A DNA stretch of 46,820 bases from contig JAHBAD010000045.1 of the NCBI GenBank assembly GCA_018385395.1, positions 1 to 46,820 of the forward strand. Reading direction: 5' to 3'. Below are positions 1-7,915 of this stretch, one piece after another. The translations under genes and the position numbers were made by a program. The notes under the pieces are model-generated. The model searched no databases and was not told where the DNA came from. It saw nothing but the letters and a program-made list of their open reading frames with translations. Position 1 is the first letter of the stretch. Each line of letters opens with the position of its first letter. The stretch comes from Treponema sp. (GTDB taxonomy: Bacteria > Spirochaetota > Spirochaetia > Treponematales > Treponemataceae).

Positions 1-1308
1 ACCTTACTGTCTTGCGCAGCTGTATTCGTTATGGTTGCACTGAACTTTGGATGTGCGGACCCAAACAAAAAACCTGTAGATTCTACACCAACTGTAGTTC
101 CTGCACCAAGCGAAGGAACAACACAGGATAAAGTTCCTGAAACACCGGCAGATGTAAAAAAGACTGTTGAAACTGAAGAAGATTTCAAGAAAGCAATGGA
201 AGAAATTTATCAGGAAATTATGGCTTTCTTCCCATCAGACCCATCAGTCCCATCAGAAGAACCTGAACCAAGTCAGTATCGTTCAATGAGAACTGCTGCT
301 CCATCAGAAGCTGAACTTTTTGAAGGTGACAAGGCTATTGAACCTCTTAGTGAATTCATTGCCACTTTCTTTAAAGCTGTTCTTGACGCTGTCCCAGATT
401 CTTGGCCTGCTGCACCGCTTTCTTCTTTCCAATTAAAGGATTCAATTAATGTAAAAAATCTTTCTTTCGACCAGATTATAAAGGCTATTGATAAATTCCT
501 TACAAAAGAAGAAAACAAAAATATGGTAGAAGAAATATTCAGTCCTTATAATTCAGTAGATGAGCTTTTAGTAGATTTAGCAGATTCTCTCGAGGTAGAA
601 GATGTTGAAGCACTCAAAGCAAAACTCAATGAATGTATAACATTAACAAAACTGAAGTACAGTGGCACTTTATCAATTGACCAAATAGAATTCAGAGAAG
701 TAAAAGTAAATGAAACACCAGAGCATGTCGAATGCGAATTAATATCCGAAACTAAGGGAATCTTTAATATCTCTGACATGAATGAAGAATTTGGCCTTAA
801 AGTTGAAAAACTTGATTCCCTTCTTCAGTTCTTAACAGGAAACACTGCAGCTTTCCCTATTAAAAACGTAACAGTAGAAGAAGCCTTAAAAATTTTGGAC
901 GCATTATTTATGACTCCCTTAGGTGTAGGTCATGGAACTATAGGTAGTAACGATATAAATGATATCGAAAACGAAATAAATGAATGGATGGCTGGTTACA
1001 CAAGCCCAGAACAATATCCTGATACTAATGAATTCAGAATCAACGGAACAGCTTCTTCAAAAATCGCTTTCGACTTTGAAACAGCTTCATACACAGGAAC
1101 AATCGAAGTTTCATTAAATCTTGAAGCAACAACAGAACTTTTCCAGAACATTATGAACGCTTTTGAAAATGATTCAGAAGCCGAAGCTGTTGAACTTTTA
1201 AACAAAATTGGTGGCATTACAATTTCTGTAAAAGACAGCACATTTTCAAGTTCTTCAAAACTTGGTGACCTCATTGTTTCTATCAATGAGTCAATTTCAA
1301 AAAAATAA
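1..1308 (+). CDS. Putative spirochaetal lipoprotein, acidic, function unknown (5' end lies outside the window)
   Basis: Frame is open from base 1 (TLLSCAAVFVMVALNFGC). Hydrophobic stretch ends in lipobox-like LNFG-C, followed by a Pro/Thr/Glu-rich tether. Confidence 0.75.
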   Translation, partial: TLLSCAAVFVMVALNFGCADPNKKPVDSTPTVVPAPSEGTTQDKVPETPADVKKTVETEEDFKKAMEEIYQEIMAFFPSDPSVPSEEPEPSQYRSMRTAAPSEAELFEGDKAIEPLSEFIATFFKAVLDAVPDSWPAAPLSSFQLKDSINVKNLSFDQIIKAIDKFLTKEENKNMVEEIFSPYNSVDELLVDLADSLEVEDVEALKAKLNECITLTKLKYSGTLSIDQIEFREVKVNETPEHVECELISETKGIFNISDMNEEFGLKVEKLDSLLQFLTGNTAAFPIKNVTVEEALKILDALFMTPLGVGHGTIGSNDINDIENEINEWMAGYTSPEQYPDTNEFRINGTASSKIAFDFETASYTGTIEVSLNLEATTELFQNIMNAFENDSEAEAVELLNKIGGITISVKDSTFSSSSKLGDLIVSINESISKK

Positions 1309-1339
1309 CTTAACTTTACGTAAGTATCCATAAAATATT

Positions 1340-1380
1340 AAAGGGGCTGCCTATACTTTTAGGACAGCCCCTTTTGCTTT
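1340..1380 (+). terminator. Rho-independent terminator
   Basis: AAAGGGGCTG-CCT...AGG-A-CAGCCCCTTTT stem-loop and T tract after the lipoprotein stop. Confidence 0.85.
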
Positions 1381-1541
1381 TATATGAAGGTAATGTGAGC
1401 AAAACTTGCATCTCCCGACGCTAACAACATTCGAAAAGCGAAAAAATTCCTGCGGAATCTAAGCAGTTACATTACAGGAACTTGCTATGGGAATTTACAA
1501 GCTGGAGGAAGGGTCTCGAAAACATATCCTTTCAAATTTTC

Positions 1542-1590
1542 TTGACATGACAAAGTATAAAAAGTATGATTTGTATAACTTTACAAACTT
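1542..1590 (+). promoter_or_regulatory. Sigma70 promoter with overlapping candidate operator for the AbrB-ABC operon
   Basis: TTGACA (1542-1547), 17-nt spacer, TATGAT (1565-1570). Repeated AAAGTAT units and imperfect inverted ACTTT units overlap the -10. Confidence 0.75.
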
Positions 1591-1611
1591 TCCACATTTA
1601 CGTGAGGTAAC

Positions 1612-1848
1612 ATGAAAAAGGAAAAAAAGACGACGAAAGGCAAACACGCCTGGACAGCCACTGTAGGCGAAAAAGGTCAGATTGTAATTCCTAAAGAAGC
1701 ACGTGACATTTTCAACATCAAACCCGGCGACACCCTTATTCTTTTAGGCGATGAAAAACGTGGCATCGCAATCCCACAAAAAAATATGTTCACAGACATT
1801 ATGACAAAAGTTTTTCCTTCATCAGAAAACCCGGAAGATGAAGAATAA
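1612..1848 (+). CDS. AbrB/MazE/SpoVT family DNA-binding regulator
   Basis: Swapped-hairpin motif TVGEKGQIVIPKEARDIFNIKPGDTL; GAGG RBS. Confidence 0.92.
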   Translation: MKKEKKTTKGKHAWTATVGEKGQIVIPKEARDIFNIKPGDTLILLGDEKRGIAIPQKNMFTDIMTKVFPSSENPEDEE

Positions 1849-1871
1849 TATCATATTCAGGAGAAACAATT

Positions 1872-2591
1872 ATGAGCAGCGTTCTTGAAATTACAAATCT
1901 ATGCAAAAAATATCCTTCCTTCGAACTTAAAGATGTAAGCTTCACAATGAATGAAGGAAGCATTATGGGATTCATCGGCCGTAACGGCGCCGGTAAAACC
2001 ACAACAATCAAATCAATTTTAAACTTTGTTCACCCCTCTTCAGGCTCAATAAAATTCTTCGGAAAAGAAATGAGCGAAAATGAAGATGAAATCAAACAGC
2101 TTACAGGTTACGCCCCTGGCGGAATCAATTACTATCCTATGAAGACTCTGAAAAAAATCACAAAAATTACAAAAAGTTTTTACCCGGAATGGAATGATGA
2201 ACTTTACAGAAAATATATGACAGCCTTCAAGCTGGACGAAAACAAAAAGCCGAAGGAACTTTCCGAAGGTATGAAAGTAAAATACAATCTGGTTCTTGCA
2301 TTAAGCCATGGCGCAAAACTTCTGATTCTTGACGAACCGACTTCAGGCCTTGACCCGGTTTCCCGCGACGAACTTCTGACAATTTTTGAAAAGCTCCGGG
2401 ACAAAGGAACATCAATTCTTTTTTCCACACACATTACAAGCGACCTTGAAAAATGTGCCGACTCAATAACCTATATCAAACAGGGCCAGATTGTAGACAG
2501 CGCAGAAAAAGAAGATTTCATCCGTAACCAGGGCGGCGGCACACTTGAAGAAATTATGGTTCACCTTGAAAAAGAAGAAATCAACATTTAG
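1872..2591 (+). CDS. ABC-2 type transporter ATP-binding protein
   Basis: Walker A GRNGAGKTT, signature LSEGM, Walker B LILDEPTSGLD, H-loop STH. Confidence 0.95.
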   Translation: MSSVLEITNLCKKYPSFELKDVSFTMNEGSIMGFIGRNGAGKTTTIKSILNFVHPSSGSIKFFGKEMSENEDEIKQLTGYAPGGINYYPMKTLKKITKITKSFYPEWNDELYRKYMTAFKLDENKKPKELSEGMKVKYNLVLALSHGAKLLILDEPTSGLDPVSRDELLTIFEKLRDKGTSILFSTHITSDLEKCADSITYIKQGQIVDSAEKEDFIRNQGGGTLEEIMVHLEKEEINI

Positions 2592-2603
2592 GAGAAAGAA
2601 GTT

Positions 2604-3260
2604 ATGACCAAAAAAACACTTTTACTTAAAAAAGAAATGTTCCTGACAGCATCTCCACGAACATATATTTTCATTGCCTTTTCACTTATGGCTATGATTC
2701 CCCAGTACCCTATCCTGCTTGGAGCATTTTTTATCTGTCTTGGGATTTTCGGATCTTTCCAGGCAGGTCGCGAAGCCGGTGATCTTTTTTATACTGCAAT
2801 GCTACCAGTTGCAAAACGAGATGTAGTAAAATCGAAATTTATTTTTACAGTTGCCATTCAGATGATTTCATGGATTATTATGCTGGCAATTTCTTTAATC
2901 AGAATGATTTTCCTTTCAGACGTTGAACCATATTCAATCAACACTCTCATGAATGCAAACATTGCTTACCTTGGCTGGAACCTGATAATCTTTGCTGCGT
3001 TCAACACTGTGTTCCTTGGAAAGTTTTTTAAAACCGCATACAAAATCGGAATCCCCTTTCTGCTTTTTGGAATCTGTGCAACACTGATAATTTCCCTTGG
3101 AGAATCACTGCACTTTTTCCCCGGCCTTGAAACTTTGAACGACACTCATTTCCAGGTAAGCCAGCTTTACGTCCTTTGTGCCGGCATCGTGATTTATATT
3201 GCAGGAACTTTAGGAAGCCTTGCAGTTTCAATAAGACGTTTTGAAAAAATTGATTTGTAA
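2604..3260 (+). CDS. ABC-2 type transporter permease
   Basis: About 6 TM segments, AMLPVAKRDVVKSKF motif, C-terminal FEKIDL; follows the ATPase. Confidence 0.88.
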   Translation: MTKKTLLLKKEMFLTASPRTYIFIAFSLMAMIPQYPILLGAFFICLGIFGSFQAGREAGDLFYTAMLPVAKRDVVKSKFIFTVAIQMISWIIMLAISLIRMIFLSDVEPYSINTLMNANIAYLGWNLIIFAAFNTVFLGKFFKTAYKIGIPFLLFGICATLIISLGESLHFFPGLETLNDTHFQVSQLYVLCAGIVIYIAGTLGSLAVSIRRFEKIDL

Positions 3261-3297
3261 TTTTATCTGCGTCTACAGCCTGAGCCCCGGTAATTTG

Positions 3298-3430
3298 CCG
3301 CATGTTGCAGTCAACAAAAGTTTCCTGCAACACCAGGCTTTCCGCACTTCGCTAACGCTCATCCTCCTCGTAGTTGCAGCTCTGCAACTACTGCGGTGGA
3401 CTGCTACGCAGGTGCTCCAATCCTTTGCGG
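3298..3430 (-). repeat. Structured intergenic element, copy A (REP/ncRNA-like multibranch fold)
   Basis: Minus strand: CCGCA-AAGGATTGGA-GCAC[CTGC-GTA-GCAG; long hairpin with core GTAGTTGCAG/CTGCAACTAC; GC-GTTA-GC]GTGC-GGAAAGCCTGG-TGTTGCAG..CTGCAACA-TGCGG. Confidence 0.75.
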
Positions 3431-3433
3431 TGA

Positions 3434-5509
3434 TTATTTTTCCGCAATTTTGAGAGAAACAGTTTCTATTTCCGGAAAGCTTACATTTTCAATTTTTGTT
3501 ATAGACATTACAAACTGATTTTTATCAATTGTATCTTCTTTTCCATCTTTTAAACGAGTAATTTTCCACACAGACTTATCAAGAATGGGCAGATAAAAAA
3601 TATGACCTGTTTTTCTTGAAGCTTCTTTGTAGCATGCCCTTAATGCATTCACTTTATTTTTGTAATCTTCTTCATCAATGTTAATAGAAGAAGATTTGTT
3701 CACACTTTTCACTTCAAAAATATGAATCTGCCCTCTTTTATCTTTCATTACAAAATCTGGATAAGAAGAATGAACTCCATTCAGATAATATTCATATTTA
3801 ATTTCAGAATTAAGCGGAAAGTTTTTGCCCCACAAAAATCTGGAATCTTCAAAAAGTGCATTTTCGTTTTTAGTGGCTTTATCAATTGAATTTGAACGAA
3901 TGTCTTTTAATAATTCCGCCCATTTTTTTTCGGCTTCACTGTCAAAAGAAAAATCAGTTTCCTTGTCTTTTCTGCACCAGATCCAGTCATCCAAAGTAAG
4001 ATTGTTTGTGTTTTCAATAAAACAGCTTTCAGCAGGGAATCCCACATCATTGCAAACAACCATGCTTTTTTCATAATCGCAAATACTATTTTCGTAGGAA
4101 GTTTTTATTTCGCTAAGATGCTCGGTAAATAAAGTCCATTTTTTAAAATCACTTGCATAATCGTAACAGATATTCTGAATCTCATTATCCTGTTTTTGAA
4201 GGTAATGATATAACTCAAAAATGGAAGGATGAGTCAAATTGACATCTTTTAGATTATTCAGAAAATTTTCCATATCTCGAATTTTTGTAGAACTAATACT
4301 TTTCAATTTAACAGGTTTTATGCGGAATTTCTTTTCAATTTCATAATCTGCATACAAGTTAACCTGTTTTTGTAAATGTTCAGCCTTTGGAATAATTCCC
4401 CAAATCCAGGCAGTGCAGGCAAGGTGTTTTGCTTCTTCGCTTAAAGCTTCAAAATCCAAAAGTCTGGGATTACGGCGAACTCGTCCCATAACCTGTTCAT
4501 CCAGCTGCTTGCTTTTAGAATCACGAATCTGATAAAGCATACAGGCACGGGGAATGTCCCAGCCTTCTGAAATCACCATTTTAAAAATGATTACAGAAAT
4601 TGTGGATTCTTTTCCTTTCATGTAATTTTTCCATTTTGAAACAGGAAGTTTTTTTAATCCGTTATCGTTGGTTTCACCGCCTTTATCACTTATGTAAACC
4701 CATTTTAATTCCTGATGATTTTTCAAAGCCGGCATTATGTTGTTTTTTAATTCTTCTTCTGCCTTTTCTTTGTTGGAAATTTGAATTATAAAACAGGGAT
4801 TTACTCCAAGAAGATTTATGTAATCTGTTCTGATTTGTTCAAATTTGGTCAGAGCATCATTCAGACTGTCGGTTTCGCTGCACTGTTCCACTTGTTTTAT
4901 AAGTTTTGCATTTTCTGCTTCTGTATTAGAAATTTCTACATCCGGCTCCTGCCTGCGGGAAAGTTTTGGTGTGGCAGAAAAATTTATGATTTGCGCAAAA
5001 TATTCTTTAAGCTCATCAAGATTGCTGGTGGCAATGTGACATTCATCTTTTATAAGATAAACTGTCTTGTCTGCCTGCTTCATAAAAGTGTCGCCTGTTA
5101 GATTTTTTAGGAAATTCAGGAAAGTTCCTTCTTTTTTAAGTTTACTGGAATCTTTGTATAAATCCCGGGGAAGAACATACACATTGTAATCTGTTGGAAT
5201 GTAAAGACTTCCTTCGCCGCTGGAATCTGAATTTATTAAAAAAGGATTTATGTTTGGAAAGGTATTATTTTCTGCCAAAGCCAGAAATGATTCGTAATTC
5301 TGCTGGGCAAGGTTACTTTTTGAAAGAGTTGAAACTATGAATACGGCATTTTGATTTGCCGCAAGAATTCTGTTCATAAAGTCTGCCATCATGTAAGTTT
5401 TACCGCTGCCAGTTGGAGCTTTAAAAGTGATTTCTTTTTTTCCGCTTGCAAGAACCTGTACCAGCTTTGAAACAGCATTTTTCTGTAAATCTTTTGCTTC
5501 CTGTAACAT
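3434..5509 (-). CDS. res: Type III restriction endonuclease Res subunit (SF2 helicase-like plus PD-(D/E)xK nuclease)
   Basis: APTGSGKT, DECH, FSATP, EGWDIP, QVMGRVRR and nuclease motif YPDF...FEVKS. ATG at 5509 directly follows the mod stop. Confidence 0.92.
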   Translation of the reverse strand: MLQEAKDLQKNAVSKLVQVLASGKKEITFKAPTGSGKTYMMADFMNRILAANQNAVFIVSTLSKSNLAQQNYESFLALAENNTFPNINPFLINSDSSGEGSLYIPTDYNVYVLPRDLYKDSSKLKKEGTFLNFLKNLTGDTFMKQADKTVYLIKDECHIATSNLDELKEYFAQIINFSATPKLSRRQEPDVEISNTEAENAKLIKQVEQCSETDSLNDALTKFEQIRTDYINLLGVNPCFIIQISNKEKAEEELKNNIMPALKNHQELKWVYISDKGGETNDNGLKKLPVSKWKNYMKGKESTISVIIFKMVISEGWDIPRACMLYQIRDSKSKQLDEQVMGRVRRNPRLLDFEALSEEAKHLACTAWIWGIIPKAEHLQKQVNLYADYEIEKKFRIKPVKLKSISSTKIRDMENFLNNLKDVNLTHPSIFELYHYLQKQDNEIQNICYDYASDFKKWTLFTEHLSEIKTSYENSICDYEKSMVVCNDVGFPAESCFIENTNNLTLDDWIWCRKDKETDFSFDSEAEKKWAELLKDIRSNSIDKATKNENALFEDSRFLWGKNFPLNSEIKYEYYLNGVHSSYPDFVMKDKRGQIHIFEVKSVNKSSSINIDEEDYKNKVNALRACYKEASRKTGHIFYLPILDKSVWKITRLKDGKEDTIDKNQFVMSITKIENVSFPEIETVSLKIAEK

Positions 5510-5510
5510 T

Positions 5511-7058
5511 TTATTCCCCAAGTTCCTTTTGAGTTTTTTCAAAGTTGCTGCAAACCCAGTCGATTTTTTCTTTTACAGTTTTGAACTTTTCTTTGCCGTA
5601 AAGAGTTTCGTCGATTACATCAAAAGGTGATTTGCCGGGAGTGTTTTCAAAATTGGCAACAGATTCAATTTCGTAAACATCAAGGTTTCCGCCGTAAGGC
5701 TGGTTATCTTTAAGCCAGGGAAAATCTTTTGTACCGTCGTAACATTCACCGGTCATAATGCGCTTAAGGCGTTTGGATGTTACATCGTAGGCAATGCCGT
5801 TGGGGCACTTTTCAGTTTTTTCATTATTTGTGCATAGAATGTAAGTTATATTATTGTGATAATCTTTAACATATTCCATTGTTGATTGACCAGTTGTTCC
5901 ACTACCTGCAAAAAAATCCAATACAATAGAATTCTCTTTACATGCATGAAAAATTAAATCTTCAATTAGTTCAACAGGTTTTACTGTGTTGAAATCATGT
6001 TCTTTAGTTCCTAAAATTTTATCTAACTCAGACTTTGCAGTTTCAGCTGTACCGTATTGCTCTGCACCATACATTCCCCAAAATGGTTTATAATTTTCAA
6101 CAGCCTCATCTTCAGGACGAATTTTTCTAAAAGGTCTTTCGTTAATTAAGAGTAAATCTTTTCCATCATTACGAGTAGAATATTCAAGTATTGTATCTTT
6201 CCCTAATTTCCATTGGTTTCCTTCATTCGGGTAAACGCCCAAGATATCAAAAATCATACTAGCACGACCACGAACTCCATTCTTGCTCATTTGCCCAATT
6301 TCTTCATAACGAAAGATTCCATAAGCATCCTTTTCAGGATATAACTTTTCACCAACTACATGACATCGGAATTCTGCTCGGTGATTAAAATTTTTATAAC
6401 ATAAAATATATTCCACTTTAGGTTGAAGCATGAATTTTGCAGTATCTGTATTTTGACATTTAGTTCTTTTCTCCCATGCAATAACTGAAAGCGAATTCTC
6501 TTCCCCAAAAACCTCATCAAACAGACACTTTACATAAGCCTGATTTTTATCATCAATGCTGCAGAAAATTACGCCTTCGTCAGACAAAAGCTGTTTTGCA
6601 AGAATAAGGCGCGGGTACAGCATGGAAAGAAGATTGTCGCGGGTAATGGCATTTGTATAATTTGTTTTTGCAAATTCGCCCATGCTGTCTTTTCCGTAGG
6701 GAGGGTCAATGTAAATTACGTCGATTTGACCTTTGTATTGAATCAACAGATTTTGCAGTGCCTGGTAATTGTCGCCAATAATCAGTTTGTTTACAGGTTT
6801 TGCATCGTCGGTGCGGAAAGAAAGTTTCTCATTTTTCTTAAAATATTTAATGCTGTCCGTCATTTTTTCAAGCCGCTTGTCAAAATGAAGTCCTGTGCGT
6901 TTATAAGTTGTTCCCAGTGCTGCAATGTTTATAGCTTCTTCGCTGCTTTCTGCATTGTTTATAAGTTTGGTTAGTAAAGCCGCGTTTGTCGGTTCAAGGA
7001 TTTTATCCTGTACGCGTTTATTTATTTCTTCGATTAATGATTGTTTGATGTCTTGCAT
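5511..7058 (-). CDS. mod: Type III R-M Mod subunit, beta-class adenine DNA methyltransferase
   Basis: LIIGDN, IYIDPPY (motif IV) before LDFFAGSGTTG (motif I), with the TRD between them; upstream of res. Confidence 0.94.
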   Translation of the reverse strand: MQDIKQSLIEEINKRVQDKILEPTNAALLTKLINNAESSEEAINIAALGTTYKRTGLHFDKRLEKMTDSIKYFKKNEKLSFRTDDAKPVNKLIIGDNYQALQNLLIQYKGQIDVIYIDPPYGKDSMGEFAKTNYTNAITRDNLLSMLYPRLILAKQLLSDEGVIFCSIDDKNQAYVKCLFDEVFGEENSLSVIAWEKRTKCQNTDTAKFMLQPKVEYILCYKNFNHRAEFRCHVVGEKLYPEKDAYGIFRYEEIGQMSKNGVRGRASMIFDILGVYPNEGNQWKLGKDTILEYSTRNDGKDLLLINERPFRKIRPEDEAVENYKPFWGMYGAEQYGTAETAKSELDKILGTKEHDFNTVKPVELIEDLIFHACKENSIVLDFFAGSGTTGQSTMEYVKDYHNNITYILCTNNEKTEKCPNGIAYDVTSKRLKRIMTGECYDGTKDFPWLKDNQPYGGNLDVYEIESVANFENTPGKSPFDVIDETLYGKEKFKTVKEKIDWVCSNFEKTQKELGE

Positions 7059-7080
7059 TAAGTCTATTCCTGAATAATAT

Positions 7081-7151
7081 TTAGACTATTGTCTAATATA
7101 TTTAATTATCGACTATTGTCCTAAAAACTAAAGAATTATTAGACACAAGTC
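7081..7151. promoter_or_regulatory. Three GAC-N4-GTC operator-like boxes between divergent mod and XRE genes
   Basis: GACTATTGTC at 7084-7093 (within TTAGAC-TATT-GTCTAA) and 7111-7120; GACACAAGTC at 7142-7151. Confidence 0.65.
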
Positions 7152-7165
7152 CATAAATTAAAAAA

Positions 7166-7504
7166 ATGGAATTTTGGGAAACAGTTGAAAATGAATTAAA
7201 ATTTCAAGGGAAAACAAAGAAAGAACTTTCAGCAAATACAGGTATAAACTTACAGAGTTTACATAAATCTTTTGAGCGAAATAGCGAAGTTTCAGCCATA
7301 AATGCTGTCAAAATCGCAAATGAGTTGGGAGTTTCCGTTGAATATCTTGTAACAGGTCAAGACTCATCATTAAAACGAGAAAATTTGGATTTGCATAGAT
7401 ATCGCGAATATTCCTCTTTAATCTCCCAGCTAGACTCCCTACCAGAAAATCAAAAAGAACTTGTAAAATCCATCATTTCAAAAATGTGTGAATGGGGAAA
7501 ATAA
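7166..7504 (+). CDS. XRE/Cro-C1 family HTH transcriptional regulator
   Basis: KKELSANTGINLQSL...AVKIANELGVSVEYLVTG pattern. Confidence 0.9.
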   Translation: MEFWETVENELKFQGKTKKELSANTGINLQSLHKSFERNSEVSAINAVKIANELGVSVEYLVTGQDSSLKRENLDLHRYREYSSLISQLDSLPENQKELVKSIISKMCEWGK

Positions 7505-7517
7505 ACCACTATAAATA

Positions 7518-7546
7518 TATACAGTAAATAAAATGTAGTATATAAT
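7518..7546 (+). promoter_or_regulatory. Promoter of the candidate type I toxin mRNA
   Basis: TATAAT at 7541-7546, weak -35 TATACA 17 nt upstream. Predicted +1 near 7553 coincides with the start of the fold-back stem. Confidence 0.6.
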
Positions 7547-7634
7547 ATTATTGGAAATGCCTGAACAGGCGGTTAGCTCCCCGACTCTGACAATCAGGAA
7601 ACTGGTTGATTAATTTGACACGGGAGGCTTGCTT

Positions 7635-7724
7635 ATGAACGTAGACAGAATCATAGCTATTGTAGCTTGCGCTGCAACAGTTATCTGCATGATCATAGCA
7701 TGGCTCACTTACATTAAGATGTAA
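7635..7724 (+). CDS. 29-aa single-TM hydrophobic peptide, putative type I toxin (MNVDRIIAIVACAATVICMIIAWLTYIKM)
   Basis: GGGAGG SD at 7622-7627, ATG at 7635, TAA at 7722-7724. Structured UTRs and a convergent antisense promoter. Not in the ORF track. Confidence 0.8.
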   Translation: MNVDRIIAIVACAATVICMIIAWLTYIKM

Positions 7725-7831
7725 AAAAAGTAAAAAATATGGCCGCCCAGTCTGACACACTGAGTGGCCTTGTGTCCTTTTAGGACATATAAACACAAGT
7801 GGAGATGACCAAATGTTTGGGCATTTCCTTT
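7725..7831 (-). ncRNA. Putative antisense antitoxin RNA (~105 nt)
   Basis: Starts just downstream of a minus-strand TTGACT-17-TATATT promoter. Ends in hairpin GGCCACTCAGT..ACTGGGCGGCC (7769-7741) followed by T runs. Confidence 0.7.
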
Positions 7832-7837
7832 TCTTTG

Positions 7838-7866
7838 AATATAGCACATTTTATATATGCAGTCAA
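7838..7866 (-). promoter_or_regulatory. Sigma70 promoter for the antisense RNA
   Basis: -35 TTGACT (7866-7861), 17-nt spacer, extended -10 TG-C-TATATT (hexamer 7843-7838). Confidence 0.8.
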
Positions 7867-7915
7867 ACTTTTTTCCCGGGCAAGGGATTGGACTTTTTTT
7901 CCGGGCAAGGGATTG
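7867..7915 (+). repeat. 24-nt tandem direct duplication of the 5' end of structured element B
   Basis: ACTTTTTTCCCGGGCAAGGGATTG (7867-7890) vs ACTTTTTTTCCGGGCAAGGGATTG (7892-7915), 23/24 identical. Confidence 0.9.

Noticed and set aside
1612-1848. AbrB protein as an orphan antitoxin
   Set aside because: It leads an ABC-2 transporter operon with no toxin, so a regulator role fits better.
3241-3453. 70-aa ORF between the permease and res
   Set aside because: It overlaps structured element A, starts at TTG with no RBS, and is most likely spurious.
5511-7058. Phase-variable mod (phasevarion)
   Set aside because: No simple-sequence repeat tract or long homopolymer was seen in mod, and the frame is intact.
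7867-7915. CRISPR-like direct repeats
   Set aside because: Only two adjacent copies, no spacer and no cas genes.
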